64,000 nucleotides of DNA from the NCBI GenBank assembly GCA_963735595.1, contig CAVTLK010000002.1:352001-416000 (forward strand), read 5' to 3'. Both the position numbers and the translations under genes were made by a program. This DNA comes from an uncultured delta proteobacterium (GTDB lineage: Bacteria > Desulfobacterota > Zymogenia > Zymogenales > Zymogenaceae). Positions 20,663 to 32,247 of this stretch are shown here, in pieces. The notes under the pieces are model-generated. The model made no database searches. It was not told the DNA's origin and worked only from the letters and a program-made list of their open reading frames with translations. Within the stretch, counting starts at the first letter, position 1, and every line of letters begins with the position of its first letter.

Positions 20663-21913
20663 ATGGATTTCACTGCATCAATACTGCCGTTTATCGCGGC
20701 GTCGATCTGCCTGATCTTCTCGATACACTTTCTCATTATGACCCTCATCATGGAGGGAGACCGATCATTTTTCGGATTCTTCTTTCTTGCGCTGGTCCTG
20801 GCCGTCAACCAGTTCGCCACCGGTATGCAGGGGCATTTCTTCCCTATTGATGTCAATCAGTCGTTTTTCTGGTACCGGGTTCAGTTCGCGGCCCTTGGGC
20901 CCGTCATCTTCATGACAGTATACTTCTTCAACCTGCTTACCAACAGGCGGGTCAATGCCCCGATTACCTACGTTTTCCTTTCGATCGTTATCGGCCTTGC
21001 CGTTTTGGTGTTCCTCCCGATCTTCGGAAGGTTTACGGTGATCCCGCAGGATGTCTTTATCTTTATTCCCCATTTCGGCGCCCTGTTCGCCATAGTCCTG
21101 TTAGCGGGGGCCGCCCTATATCTGGTCTACGTTCTTATCGAATCGCTCGTGACCGGAAGCAGGAGGCCGAAGATTCGGTTTTCCGCCCTGTATATCGCCA
21201 GCGGCATCATTCTATTTGTTCTGGGCGTCCTTGAGATCCTGATGCAGACGGGCGTTATCCCTCCGACCTCCGTGAAGTATTCGTCGGTTGCCGCGATCGT
21301 CCTCGTAATGATCGGCGCGTCGGCCGTCTTTGTCCGATTTTACGAAATGAAGACCTCCCTCAGGCGTATCCTTATCAACCTGAGCGAAACCGAACGGAGG
21401 CTGGAGCATAAGGAGCGCCTGGCCATTACCGACGCCCTCACGGGCCTCTATAACCGCGGATTCTTCGACGAAAGCCTCGAGGAGGAAGTCAAGGATTCCA
21501 TACAGAACAACAGGTCCCTTTCCCTGATCATGTTAGATATCGATGAGTTCAAGTCAATCAACGACGTCTTCGGCCACACCATCGGGGACAGTGTGCTGGC
21601 CGAGATAGCGTCCGTTATCAAGCGCAACGCCAGGGCTAGCGACCTTCCGGCCCGGTACGGAGGCGAGGAATTTGCCGTTATCCTGCCCAACACCACTATC
21701 CGCGAGGCCAATGAAGTCAGCGAGCGTATCCGAAAGACGATCGAGGAAATCATCTTTGTCGTACAGGAAAGACCCGACAGCTCCGTGACAATCTCGGCGG
21801 GTGTTACAACCCTCAAGGGGACCGACCTGGCGATTGACCTGTTAGCCCGCGCCGATAAAGCGCTCCTTGCGGCAAAAGCGCGGGGCAAAAACAACGTGTA
21901 TGTAATCGGGTAG
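20663..21913 (+). CDS. Diguanylate cyclase with a multi-pass (7TM-like) sensor
   Basis: About 7 TM segments, TDALTGLYNR, DIDEFKSIND, RASD I-site, RYGGEEF. Confidence 0.92.
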   Translation: MDFTASILPFIAASICLIFSIHFLIMTLIMEGDRSFFGFFFLALVLAVNQFATGMQGHFFPIDVNQSFFWYRVQFAALGPVIFMTVYFFNLLTNRRVNAPITYVFLSIVIGLAVLVFLPIFGRFTVIPQDVFIFIPHFGALFAIVLLAGAALYLVYVLIESLVTGSRRPKIRFSALYIASGIILFVLGVLEILMQTGVIPPTSVKYSSVAAIVLVMIGASAVFVRFYEMKTSLRRILINLSETERRLEHKERLAITDALTGLYNRGFFDESLEEEVKDSIQNNRSLSLIMLDIDEFKSINDVFGHTIGDSVLAEIASVIKRNARASDLPARYGGEEFAVILPNTTIREANEVSERIRKTIEEIIFVVQERPDSSVTISAGVTTLKGTDLAIDLLARADKALLAAKARGKNNVYVIG

Positions 21914-21915
21914 GT

Positions 21916-22482
21916 GTGCCGGTGCCCCGTATGGCCGCGTCAGAACAGCGATCCCTCGACTTGCTGGCCAATGAGGTCCAAGCCATCGTCGGCGACGAGG
22001 CCTCCCACGGCATGCGCCACGCCGTGAATACAATGGACCTTGCCGGGAAGATCGGCCGGGTAGAGGGCGGAGATCTCTTCGTCATCCAGGCCGCGGCCCT
22101 TTTGCATGATATCGGTCGGGTGAATATCTTTTCCGATCCTTCCCACGGCCGGCGGGGAGCGGTACTGGCCCGGGAGATCCTCAACAGACTGGATATCCAC
22201 TCGGATCGCGCGCTCATCTGCCTGATCATCGCGCGGCACGACGACTGCGAGGACGACCCGGACGCACCCATTGAACTTCGCGTCGTAAAAGACGCCGATC
22301 GGCTGGAACTGCTGCGCATCGCCCCGGATTATCTCCGACTCGACCGGCTGGCGACGCTCGAGGCGCTGCGACAGGTGCCCTATGTCTTATCGCTCCACTA
22401 CCCGGGCGGGGTAAAGACGCCCGACGTTGCCGCGACGATTGAGCGGGCGCGGAAAATACTGAAGGACCGCCGTGCGCCATAG
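21916..22482 (+). CDS. HD-domain phosphohydrolase
   Basis: SHGMRH, LLHDIGR, HG, RHD, DADRLE. Confidence 0.8.
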   Translation: MPVPRMAASEQRSLDLLANEVQAIVGDEASHGMRHAVNTMDLAGKIGRVEGGDLFVIQAAALLHDIGRVNIFSDPSHGRRGAVLAREILNRLDIHSDRALICLIIARHDDCEDDPDAPIELRVVKDADRLELLRIAPDYLRLDRLATLEALRQVPYVLSLHYPGGVKTPDVAATIERARKILKDRRAP

Positions 22483-22626
22483 GACGGGCAACGACCGCCC
22501 TGCGGGAGCACTACCAAATAATAGTGAGTATCGCGGTTTCGCACATGCCGGCATCATCTTAAACTAAGGCCGAGCGGATCGGCGTGTCCCGATACACGGC
22601 CTTATAATTTTCTGTGGAGCGCTTGT

Positions 22627-23040
22627 ATGTCACAACAGGGTGGAATAGAGTTTCGGGTAGATTTTTCCGGCAGGTGGTTCGGTCCCGACGGTAAAGAAGT
22701 CACCGATGCCTCTCTCTATTATCTGACGCATAACCTCAGGTTTGACGATTCAGGTTATTTTATCGCCATGAGTTTTGGACCGGCCAAGGTCATCGTGGAG
22801 GATGTGCCGTTTGTGATCACCGGTGTTGCCCGGGACCCCGACGATGAGCACTCCCTGATACTAACGGTCATGGATGGGACGACCGACAAGCTCCTTCCGG
22901 AGACCCTCTCCATTAAAGGTGAGCATTTCTATTGCATGGTGAGGAGCGGGAGGATCCCCGCGCGGTTCTTGCCCGAGGCCAGACAGGAGATCGAAAAATA
23001 CGTGGACCGGCAAGGGCAGGACTTGTACCTTACGATATAG
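22627..23040 (+). CDS. Second DUF1285-like protein
   Basis: FRVDFSGRWF, IVEDVPFVI, YCMVR...ARF, aligning with 19968..20447. Confidence 0.6.
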   Translation: MSQQGGIEFRVDFSGRWFGPDGKEVTDASLYYLTHNLRFDDSGYFIAMSFGPAKVIVEDVPFVITGVARDPDDEHSLILTVMDGTTDKLLPETLSIKGEHFYCMVRSGRIPARFLPEARQEIEKYVDRQGQDLYLTI

Positions 23041-23216
23041 CAGGCGGTCTTTCCCGATACAACGGGATACCCGTCTTGCCCATGACCCTGCGTGGAGAAA
23101 GCGGATTATCGGAGATTATTCCATTATCCCGTGGCACCGTAACCGCTTCAAAGAAACGCCCGGCCGCATCTAAGGGCCCACCGGCATCTCCACCGGCAGG
23201 GCTGCCGGCCGGGAGG

Positions 23217-24962
23217 TCAGATCACCTTCAAATCGCGGATCAACAACTCGCAAATCCCGCCCCGATCCCACTGGCTTTCTCTGACGGAAAAGACGGTGTC
23301 CACCATATCGGCCGCGACGTGGGACAGCCCCCCCAATCCGAACCCAATGGCGTTATAGCGGACGTTTTTTTCCTTGAAGACGAGCTTGAGGTGGTTATCG
23401 CCCACGATCCGCGATTCCCCAGGGATAAGCCCCCGGCAGAGAAAGACCGGCTCGGGATTTCCGGCCCCAAAGGGCGCCAGGAGCTTGGTTTCGTGAAGGA
23501 GGTTGTGTTTCTTGATATCCGCAAGGGTTATCTCTGAGTCGATCGTGATGGTCGGTACGAAATCGTTATCGGTTGTCATAGAAGCGACGACCTGGTCGAA
23601 ACGATCCCCGAACGTCTGTATATTCTCGGCCCGAATTGTCAGCCCGGCGGCATACTTATGTCCGCCGAAGCCCAGCATCAGCTCTTCAAGGGTCGAGAGC
23701 CCCTGATAGAGATGGAATCCGCCGACGCTGCGCGCTGAGCCTTTGGCAATACCGTCCTTGAGAGACATGAGGACGACCGGGCGGCAGTAGCGGTCCACAA
23801 GCCTGGAAGCAACGATACCCACCACTCCAGGGTGCCACCCTTCGTGGGCCAGAACGATCGAGCGGCGTTCCTGCAACATGCCATTGCCCTCAAGCAGGTT
23901 GAGGGCGTGCCTGAGCACTTCCTCCTCCATGCGCTGGCGCCTCTGGTTCTCCGATTCGAGCTCCCGGGCCAGGGAGAGCGCCTCCGTGTGGTCGTCGGTG
24001 ATCAAGAGCCGCACGCTCCGATCGGCGCTGCCGATCCTTCCCGAGGCGTTGAGGCGGGGTGCCAGCCTGAAGCTGATGGCCGAAGAATCCACGTTCCCGC
24101 GCTTGACTCCCGCCATTTCCCTGAGCGCGATAATCCCCGGACGTACGTCTTCACCCAGCTCCATCAGGCCGTATTTGACGAATACCCTGTTTTCGCCCCG
24201 GAGCGGGACGATGTCGGCCACGGTCCCAAGGGCCACCAGATCAAGGAATCTCTTTAGATTAGGGAGATCGTGAGACCCTCCCTGCTCTTTGAGCCGCTTG
24301 CGTACGGCGATTACGAGGTTAAAGGTAATTCCCACCCCCGCCAGATCCTTGAAGGGAAAGCGGCAATCGGGCCGTTTTGGATTAAGGATCGCGTCGGCGG
24401 GAGGAAGGGTATCACCAACCTCGTGATGGTCGGATACAATCACATCCATCCCGAGCTCTTTTGCCAGCTGGATCTCGTTATGGTTGGAAATGCCGGAGTC
24501 AACCGTAATAATGAGGTCGGCGCCCTGGGCATGTATGAATCGGACGGCGTCGGGATTGAGGCTGTAACCCTCCTTGACGCGGTCGGGGATGTAATATCGG
24601 GCCTCGACCCCGAGGGCCGAAAGGAAGAGGAAGAGAACCGCCACTGAGGTGATTCCGTCCACGTCGTAATCGCCGTATATCCAGATCCGTTCTCTCGAGG
24701 CCACCGCCCGGACGATACGGTCTACGGCCTTTTCCATGTCGGCCATGAGCGAGGGATCGGGGATGGAGGAAAGCTCGGGGAAGATGAAGTTGTATACGTC
24801 ATCTACATCGGCAAGGCCGCGATTGATAAAGAGTTCACAGGTAATCGGCGATATATCGAGTCGGTGGGTTTCCTTGAGCCCCTGGTGCAGACCGGTCACA
24901 AGGGTCCTGTCCGGATTTTCTCTTTCCCACCGCCGGCATGGTGCCGAGGCGGAGTGGTTCAT
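23217..24962 (-). CDS. recJ: Single-stranded DNA exonuclease RecJ
   Basis: [30 protein letters not shown]; start placed at ATG 24962 because the promoter covers TTG 24992. Confidence 0.95.
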   Translation of the reverse strand: MNHSASAPCRRWERENPDRTLVTGLHQGLKETHRLDISPITCELFINRGLADVDDVYNFIFPELSSIPDPSLMADMEKAVDRIVRAVASRERIWIYGDYDVDGITSVAVLFLFLSALGVEARYYIPDRVKEGYSLNPDAVRFIHAQGADLIITVDSGISNHNEIQLAKELGMDVIVSDHHEVGDTLPPADAILNPKRPDCRFPFKDLAGVGITFNLVIAVRKRLKEQGGSHDLPNLKRFLDLVALGTVADIVPLRGENRVFVKYGLMELGEDVRPGIIALREMAGVKRGNVDSSAISFRLAPRLNASGRIGSADRSVRLLITDDHTEALSLARELESENQRRQRMEEEVLRHALNLLEGNGMLQERRSIVLAHEGWHPGVVGIVASRLVDRYCRPVVLMSLKDGIAKGSARSVGGFHLYQGLSTLEELMLGFGGHKYAAGLTIRAENIQTFGDRFDQVVASMTTDNDFVPTITIDSEITLADIKKHNLLHETKLLAPFGAGNPEPVFLCRGLIPGESRIVGDNHLKLVFKEKNVRYNAIGFGLGGLSHVAADMVDTVFSVRESQWDRGGICELLIRDLKVI

Positions 24963-24968
24963 ACCGCA

Positions 24969-24997
24969 ATTATAGGACATCTCTCCCGGCAAGTCAA
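24969..24997 (-). promoter_or_regulatory. Sigma70 promoter of recJ (leaderless geometry)
   Basis: TTGACT-17 bp-TATAAT-6 bp-ATG. Confidence 0.7.
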
Positions 24998-25139
24998 TAT
25001 AAACGGTCGCGGCACCGGGAAAAAAGGACTTGACTTGTTTAGTGCCGGTGGTAAAATCGTAAACGTCTTTCGACCGAAACTGAAATATCTTCGCCGTTTT
25101 CTACTAAACCTAATGCGACGGCGGCCACAGGGTGATCAA

Positions 25140-25583
25140 TTGAGCGTTAATAAAGTAATACTAGTCGGGAAACTCGGGGCCGATCCGGAAGTCCGATATA
25201 CGTCCGGCGGCAGCGCCGTTGCCACGTTCTCTATCGCCACCAACGAGCGGTGGAACGACAAGAACACCGGAGAGCGGCAGGAACGCACCGAGTGGCATCG
25301 AATCGTGGCATGGGGGAGACTCGGGGAAATATGCGGCGAGTATCTCTCCAAAGGAAAGCAGGTCTATATCGAGGGGAGACTTCAGACGCGATCATGGGAC
25401 GACAAGGACGGAAATAAACGGTATATGACCGAGGTCGTAGCCGCGAATATGGTTATGCTCGGCAGTGCATCGGGCGCCGGGCGTGCCATGGAGGATTTTT
25501 CCGAGGGAAACGCCTACCAGGGTAAAAAAGGCCCTCCCGCCGGGCCGAAAACTCCCCCCGATGATGATGATATCCCCTTCTAA
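25140..25583 (+). CDS. ssb: Single-stranded DNA-binding protein
   Basis: [30 protein letters not shown] tail; TTG start at 25140. Confidence 0.96.
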   Translation: MSVNKVILVGKLGADPEVRYTSGGSAVATFSIATNERWNDKNTGERQERTEWHRIVAWGRLGEICGEYLSKGKQVYIEGRLQTRSWDDKDGNKRYMTEVVAANMVMLGSASGAGRAMEDFSEGNAYQGKKGPPAGPKTPPDDDDIPF

Positions 25584-25592
25584 TACAGATCA

Positions 25593-26561
25593 ATGACAAC
25601 CCCTTTCGCGCTTATACATGAAGATCTGAAACAAGTTGAATCAGAGATTCTGGCAAGTATTTCGTCGGACGTCAACCTTATACCGGAAATCGGCAAGCAT
25701 ATATTCTTCTCGGGGGGGAAACGCTTTCGTCCCGCACTCCTCATCCTCTGTTGCCGCCTCTTCAAACCCGGGGACACCCGATGTATTACGCTGGCCGGAT
25801 CCATCGAGTTGATTCATACCGCGACGCTGCTGCATGATGATGTTGTGGACAGGGCCGACATCCGCAGAGGCAAACGGTCGGTCAATGTCGTCTGGGGAAA
25901 TGAGGCGAGCATCCTCGTCGGTGATTTCCTCTTTTCGCAGGCAGTCCTTACCGCGCTGCGAGCCGGTAACGTCCGGTTTCTTGAGATACTGACGGACGCT
26001 ACCAAGCGGATGTCGGAGGGTGAAGTCTTCGGGCTTAGTCTCGGCCATAGCCTTGACATCAGTGAGGCGCAGTATATGCGCCTTGTCACCAATAAAACGG
26101 CGACGCTTATCTCGGCAGCGTGCAGGATCGGCGCCGCCCTTGGAGGGGCCGGGCCCCAAGAGGAAGAGCGGTTGGCGGGATTCGGGCAGGACCTCGGTAC
26201 GGCCTTCCAGCTGGTTGACGATATCCTGGACTATGCATCCAGGCCCGACCAAACGGGTAAGCCTGTGGGCGGTGATCTTGATGAGCAGAAGGCGACGCTT
26301 CCGCTTATCTATGTGCTCGGGAAGATCGATGCGGCCGAAAAAAAAGAGGTAGAAAGACGGTTCCATAAGGAAAGGAAAGACGAACAGGATTTTCAGTATA
26401 TCCTGCAGTTGATTACTGCCGAGGGAGGAATCGCCTATACCCTGGAAAAGGCCGGGGAATTTATCCATAACGCGAAGGGCCGGCTTGATGATTTCCCCGG
26501 CTCCGCCGAGAAGCGGGCGCTCATAGAATTGGCTGACTATGTGATCACGAGGAACGCCTGA
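25593..26561 (+). CDS. ispB: Long-chain polyprenyl diphosphate synthase (IspB-like)
   Basis: GGKRFRP, LLHDDVVD..RRG, FQLVDDILD. Confidence 0.85.
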   Translation: MTTPFALIHEDLKQVESEILASISSDVNLIPEIGKHIFFSGGKRFRPALLILCCRLFKPGDTRCITLAGSIELIHTATLLHDDVVDRADIRRGKRSVNVVWGNEASILVGDFLFSQAVLTALRAGNVRFLEILTDATKRMSEGEVFGLSLGHSLDISEAQYMRLVTNKTATLISAACRIGAALGGAGPQEEERLAGFGQDLGTAFQLVDDILDYASRPDQTGKPVGGDLDEQKATLPLIYVLGKIDAAEKKEVERRFHKERKDEQDFQYILQLITAEGGIAYTLEKAGEFIHNAKGRLDDFPGSAEKRALIELADYVITRNA

Positions 26562-26614
26562 TAAGCCGATACGCGTACTACCCGTCGATACAACTCTTGA
26601 TTGTATAATAGCCG

Positions 26615-28222
26615 ATGGATCTTGAAACAAGAGAGCAACGAGCCGGTGTGTTGGAGAAGGTTCTCGCCGAACTGGTGAAGTCCATGAGGAGTTCCTTTAT
26701 GTATCCTCCCGGACATCCTTCCCTGAAAAAATCATACGAAAACAGTTACCACTACTTTCGCGATTTCCTCGATGCCGTTGGTGAGTTCTCTTTTACGTCG
26801 GACAAGGAAGGGATAGACTACGAAGAGGCGCCGCTTACCAGAGGAAATGAAGCCGTCAAGCGGCTCTCCCAGGATCTTATTCAGAAGAACATCTTCAGGC
26901 TTACGTTTAGGAACAGTATGATCCAGGAGGAATTCGAGTCTTTCGTGTCCCTTATTGCGATGGATAACAGGAAGTTCAGAGCGCTCGGCACCGCGACATC
27001 GCTTTTTTCTCAGCACCAGATACGGGGAATCGCCGTCAAGGAGATGGAATACGACGGCCTGCTCAAGGACGGCGCCGCGGGCGAGAGGGAGGGGATTGAG
27101 AAAGAGGGGGCAGAACCGGCGCCTGAAGGCGCGCCTGAGGAAACCCCACCGGAGGAGGGTCTTGCAGGGATCGAGCCCGCGCCGGAACAAGAAGAAGATA
27201 TTCTACAGAAGGAGATAGATCACTATCTATCGCTTCTGGGTACTGAAACTGATCCCGACCGATTCAAAAAGGTCGTCCTGAGCCTTATCCGGCTCCACGA
27301 ACAACTTATAGATGAGGAAAAGAAGGAGTATGCCGTTTCGATTCTCACCGGTTTAACGAGGGAAACGATCGTATCCGGCAAACGCCCCGAATCCTTCTCA
27401 AGGATGTGCGTCACGGCAATTAGAAAATGCCGGACGGCTCCGACTATCCCCCTTATTCTTAACAACTACGTTTCACAAGACGAAAAAGCCAGGGAGCTGT
27501 GCCACCGGCTGCTCAGGATAATCGGTGACGAGTCCATCGAGCCGGCCCTCATGCGTCTTATTGACAGCCAGGATGGCCAGTTCAGGAGAAATCTCATCAA
27601 CCTATTGGTCAGCTTCGGAGAAGCAGCCAGACCTAAGCTGGAGATATATCTCTTCGACGATCGGTGGTATGTGGTCCGTAACATGGCCGTCATCCTGGGT
27701 GAGATACGGAGCGAAAAGTCTCTCAATTCCCTGTCCCGTGCCGTGAATCACGAGGACTTTCGAGTTAAAAGGGAAGTGATCAAGGCCCTGACGCGAATTG
27801 GCGGCACGAAGGTATCCTCGTTTTTGCTGCGCCTCCTGCCGACGGTACAGGAACAGTTTTCACTTATCATTATCAACTCTCTCGGCGCCTTGGGAGACCC
27901 CGCGGCGACGCAATCCCTTATTGAAATCGCGCTCAAGAAAGACCTGTTTCACAAGAACTACGAGCTCAGGAAGGAGGCGATCAACGCCCTGGCAAAGCTG
28001 CGCAGCCATGAGGCGATAGAGACCCTCGGCAGGATTATAGCCAAGAGGGAGTTCTTCGGGGGAGTCAGGTACGAGGACCTCCAGATCACCGCCGTCAGGG
28101 CGCTGGGCAGGATCGGCGGCGAGCGTTCAGTGGAATTGCTCGGCAAGGCGGCGGCGAGCCGTAATCGAAATATCAAGCGGGCGGCAACCGCATCGCTCAG
28201 CGCCCTCGGAATGCAATCATGA
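26615..28222 (+). CDS. HEAT-repeat protein with an N-terminal YPxxHP domain
   Basis: MYPPGHP; DDRWYVVRN..LGEI and repeated AL..IG HEAT units. Confidence 0.85.
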   Translation: MDLETREQRAGVLEKVLAELVKSMRSSFMYPPGHPSLKKSYENSYHYFRDFLDAVGEFSFTSDKEGIDYEEAPLTRGNEAVKRLSQDLIQKNIFRLTFRNSMIQEEFESFVSLIAMDNRKFRALGTATSLFSQHQIRGIAVKEMEYDGLLKDGAAGEREGIEKEGAEPAPEGAPEETPPEEGLAGIEPAPEQEEDILQKEIDHYLSLLGTETDPDRFKKVVLSLIRLHEQLIDEEKKEYAVSILTGLTRETIVSGKRPESFSRMCVTAIRKCRTAPTIPLILNNYVSQDEKARELCHRLLRIIGDESIEPALMRLIDSQDGQFRRNLINLLVSFGEAARPKLEIYLFDDRWYVVRNMAVILGEIRSEKSLNSLSRAVNHEDFRVKREVIKALTRIGGTKVSSFLLRLLPTVQEQFSLIIINSLGALGDPAATQSLIEIALKKDLFHKNYELRKEAINALAKLRSHEAIETLGRIIAKREFFGGVRYEDLQITAVRALGRIGGERSVELLGKAAASRNRNIKRAATASLSALGMQS

Positions 28223-29589
28223 CTTCAGCATTAGACGACAAGAATACGAGCGCCGTATTCATCGAGATGGCCAAACACCTGGGCGGCGCCCTTTCGAGTA
28301 TGAAGCTGTACCCGAATTCGCATCCTTCCGTAACCAAACAAATGGGGGAACTGGACGATTCCCTTCGCATCCTGCTTGATAATAAGAACCGCCTCATCCT
28401 CGCGCTCGCGCGCAACATCCCGGTTGTCGACGGGGTCCCGGTTTACGAGAGCACCATTCATATCAATACATTCAAGAGCATCCTGATCGATAGGGGCATA
28501 GAGATCATCATAATCAAGTCGAGCCTCAAAAAGGAAGAACTGGTGCCGTTTCTTTATGTGATGAGCGGGGCACTCAAGGAGGCCGATATCTCGGATATCA
28601 ACCGGTATCTTGAAAGCCATGAGGTCAAGAACATCCTTATAAAGGACGTCACCTTCAATGAGCGGGCCAAGGAGACCTACTTCTCAGCCATCGATACGGT
28701 TACCAAGACCATCAGCGATATCCGGCGGGGCGCGGCCCCGAATATATACGAGAGTAAGCGCATTGTCCGCTCGATCGTCAACAGCATCCTGATCGATAAG
28801 AATACGCTCCTGTCTCTGTCTATGATCAAGAACTATAACGATTATCTCTATTCCCACTCGGTCAACGTCTGTATTCTTGCGGCATCGCTTGCGGAGGAAT
28901 TAGGGTATTCCGACGAGGAAATTGCCGAGATCGGGCTGGGCGGGCTGCTGCACGACGTTGGAAAGCTTAAGACGCCGCTGGGTATCCTTCTCAAGCCGGG
29001 CAGGCTCAACGCCACGGAGTGGGAAGCGATGAAACAACACCCATACTTCGGGTACGAGATCCTCAAGGGATTGAAGGGGGTCAGTCCCAGAACGGTGACT
29101 ATGGTCTACGAGCACCACATGCGACCTAACCCGAAAGGGTACCCGCACCCGAAGGAAGGCGCCAAACCGTCGGCCGAGAGCCAGATTATTGCGGTGGCAG
29201 ACACCTACGATGCAAGCACAACCCTCAGGCCGTACCAGGACCCCCTGACCCCGGTTGATGCCGTCAAGCGCATGAAGAAGATGAGCAGGGAAACGGGGGA
29301 CTTTAACCTTGATATCCTGGAGACGTTTGTCGCGATGATGGGCATCTACCCGATCGGGACGTCGGTACGGCTTGATACCAACGAGATCGCGCTGGTGGCC
29401 CGCTATCTTCCGCAACGCCCATCCCCGCAGGTGAAGGTCTTCATGGATAGGGACGGAATACTCCTCGAGGAGCCTTTCGAGGCAGACCTGAACGATATGG
29501 ATACTGAATCGGGTATGCCGGTGCGCTCCATCGTTGCCGAGGTCGATATCAATATCCGCAACATCGACCTCAACCAGATGCTGGCCTAA
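28219..29589 (+). CDS. HD-GYP c-di-GMP phosphodiesterase-like protein
   Basis: HSVNV, LLHDVGK, HP..G, EHH....KGYP, AD.YDA...RPY. Confidence 0.88.
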   Translation: MTSALDDKNTSAVFIEMAKHLGGALSSMKLYPNSHPSVTKQMGELDDSLRILLDNKNRLILALARNIPVVDGVPVYESTIHINTFKSILIDRGIEIIIIKSSLKKEELVPFLYVMSGALKEADISDINRYLESHEVKNILIKDVTFNERAKETYFSAIDTVTKTISDIRRGAAPNIYESKRIVRSIVNSILIDKNTLLSLSMIKNYNDYLYSHSVNVCILAASLAEELGYSDEEIAEIGLGGLLHDVGKLKTPLGILLKPGRLNATEWEAMKQHPYFGYEILKGLKGVSPRTVTMVYEHHMRPNPKGYPHPKEGAKPSAESQIIAVADTYDASTTLRPYQDPLTPVDAVKRMKKMSRETGDFNLDILETFVAMMGIYPIGTSVRLDTNEIALVARYLPQRPSPQVKVFMDRDGILLEEPFEADLNDMDTESGMPVRSIVAEVDINIRNIDLNQMLA

Positions 29590-29743
29590 TGCAAGGTAGC
29601 CCGAGTTTCTTGTGGAAAACCGCCCTTCCTGGGATTATCCCAAGACAGTGCGTGATCTTTCGGATGATCGGTATCTCTTTCTTGGATTGGTTATCGAAGG
29701 CGCGGCCGGCGACGGTATCTGTGCCGGCCGGGGCAGGGCCAGA

Positions 29744-30311
29744 TCAGAGCTCCAGCTCTCCGAGCGCCCAGGCGGCAGCGCGCCTGATCCGGGGGGCCTG
29801 GGAGACAAGCGAAGCGATCAGCAGCTGTTCGGCGTTCTTGGTGCTGAAGCTTCCCGAGGGCAAGGATGGTAGCCTCATCGAGTTCCTCGTCACCGGAGGG
29901 GATCAGCGAAATAAGGGCCTTTTCGCATGACCGGTCACCAATCCTGCCGAGCGATTCGACCGCCTGAATCTTGATAAGCTCACTTGTGCCCGAAAGGACA
30001 TCCATGAGGGTGGGAACGGCCTTCGGGTTCCCCAACTCCCCCATCGCCCGCACGGCCGCGAGCTTTAGATCCTCATCTTCATTTTGGACGGAGTGAATCA
30101 GGGGCACGAGGGACTTGTCGTGTCGGATATGCGCCAGCGCATAGATAAAGCGCATTTTATCCCGCTTCGAGCAGGATCGGAACTCCTTCAGTATTTCGGG
30201 GAGTTCAACCAGCCCCTCCAACTTGAGGAGGGTGGCGGCTACCTCGGTCCTCACCGATTCGTCCTGGTCCTTGAGGGCACCGATGAGGGCGTCTTTTCTG
30301 TCTTTGATCAT
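29744..30311 (-). CDS. HEAT-repeat protein (frameshift near 29857)
   Basis: HEAT units; the shifted frame continues AEQLLIASL..IRRAAAWALGELEL* to TGA at 29744. Confidence 0.75.
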
Positions 30312-31281
30312 TGTTTGTCGCGCATATCTGAATACGACGGCACGAACTCTCTACCGTCAGCCTTGGTAACCGCGTTGGTTACCGCCCGGATAACCGCGTC
30401 CTCCCCCATCATGGCCAGGGTGTTCATGCCGATGCGTTTGGACGCCCCCACCGACAACACGATAGTCACGTCGCCGTCAAAGGTCGAGTGTATGGGAGAG
30501 ATGACCTTGGCCAGCGACGACTGGAGCATTTGGGCGATCTTGATTGCCTCCCGTTTGTCCAGAAGCGCGTTGGTCGCCAGCACGGCGAGCGTCGTGTTCT
30601 GACCGGGGGGGGAAGTCTGTCTTCCCCGTTCCTAATCCGCTCGGCGCTATGGGCCAGCTTTCGGCCGTCATGAGGGTCCCGGGCGCCGGCCATGACCCGG
30701 CCGGTTGCTTCGCGTCCAGGATATCACCGAATGCGTTAACCACCACTAGCGCCCCGGCAATGATCTCGCCCAGAGACTCGGACGCGGTTCCCACGCCGCC
30801 CTTCATGGCATTCGCTACGCCGTAGAGTTTACCGATAGTAGCCCCTGTTCCGGCTCCGACACTCCCTTCGGCGACGGTACCGTTGCCGCAGCTTCCGCAG
30901 CGGCATAGCCCATCGCCTCGTCCGGGCGCACCGCGGCATCTCCGATACCCGAGGTCAAAGATGATGGCGGCCGGTACGATGGGGACCTTGGCGTAGAAGA
31001 CGTCAAGGCCGATCCCCTTTTGCTCGAGGTATCTCATCACACCGCCGGAGGCCGAAAGCCCCCAGGCGCTGCCGCCGGCCAGCGTTACCGCGTGAACCAC
31101 GCCCGCGATGTGCAGGGCCGATAGAGAGTCCGCCTGCCGGGTTCCCGCGGCCGTTCCCCGAATATCGATGCCCGCCGACGGCGCCCGCCTCGGTAAGGAT
31201 TGCGGTGACTCCCGTCATGGCCTCATAGTTTTGAGCATGTCCTACCAGCACACCGGGGACATCCGTTATTGCGTCATACAT
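30308..31281 (-). CDS. P1/S58-family (DmpA-like) aminopeptidase, several frameshifts
   Basis: AITDVPGVLVGH, LAGGSAWGL, GSVGAGTGA, MKGGVG, VNAFG and HSTFDGD across frames. Confidence 0.85.
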
Positions 31282-31457
31282 CGTTCCTATTGTATCTCCC
31301 CGAGGAACACGCGGTCAAGGTTTTTTATGCCGGTCGTTATTGATCTTTCACCGTTAACGGGGAGGATACGCTCCGAAAGGGCGCCCCCCGTTGATGCGAA
31401 TGGCCTCTATTTATTTACGGCAGGGGTGCGGCCGGCCGTGCGGCCGGTCGTCCGGTG

Positions 31458-32241
31458 CTATTTCAGAATTAGGGGAAGGAAGAAGTGATCTATGAGGAGA
31501 CCGTTGATCAAGACATACGTTAACGCCCCGAGCGATAGGAACGGGCCGAACACGATAGGCATTTTTCCGTTTTCGCCCCGCCGTAGCATTACAAGGATAC
31601 CCACGATCGAGCCGATGATGCTGCCTACGAGCACGGTGACAAAGACTCCTCCTATACCAAGGAAGGCGCCGATCATGGCCAGCAGTTTTACGTCACCCCC
31701 GCCCATCCCCTCACGTTTTGTGAATAAGTAGTATATGCCGATTACCAGCAACAGACAACCGCCTCCGACGATAATCCCGATGCCGGAGCTGATCCATCCG
31801 GTATCCGGATTGATGAATGAGGAGAGAAAACCGATCACGATGCCGGGCAGTGAAATCTCGTTGGGGATGATCTGGTGATCGATGTCGATAAAGGTGATGA
31901 CGATGAGCGCCGCGACGAGGACGTAGTAGATGACAAAACGGACCGATGGTCCGTAGCGCCAGATCAGGAGGGCGGCAAAGGACACCGGAAAGAAGCTCGA
32001 CGGAGGGGTACCGCCACGAGATAGGCAGGGAGCATCTTCTGCATCGACGTTTCGGAGGATAAAGCTGATCAGCGGAACGTTGTCGTACCAGGCGATGGGC
32101 GTCGCGCAGCGGGGACAGGCCGAAGCAGGGTGGACGATTGATCGCCCTTCGGGGAGGCGAACAGATGCAGACGTTCAGGAAGCTTCCGATCACGCAGCCG
32201 AAAATAAAGGCGGCGATAGTATATAAGATGGTCGGGTTCAT
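31458..32241 (-). CDS. pilD: Type IV prepilin peptidase, frameshifted
   Basis: GSFLNVCI, zinc-binding Cys remnants, FIDIDHQIIP, GMGGGDVKL, FGPFL. Confidence 0.9.
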
Positions 32242-32247
32242 GAGATG

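Noticed and set aside
24864..25139. 92-aa N-terminal extension of Ssb
   Set aside because: Overlaps recJ and both promoters; homology starts at TTG 25140.
25641..26630. 329-aa minus-strand ORF
   Set aside because: Antisense to the polyprenyl synthase; a GC-rich codon artefact.
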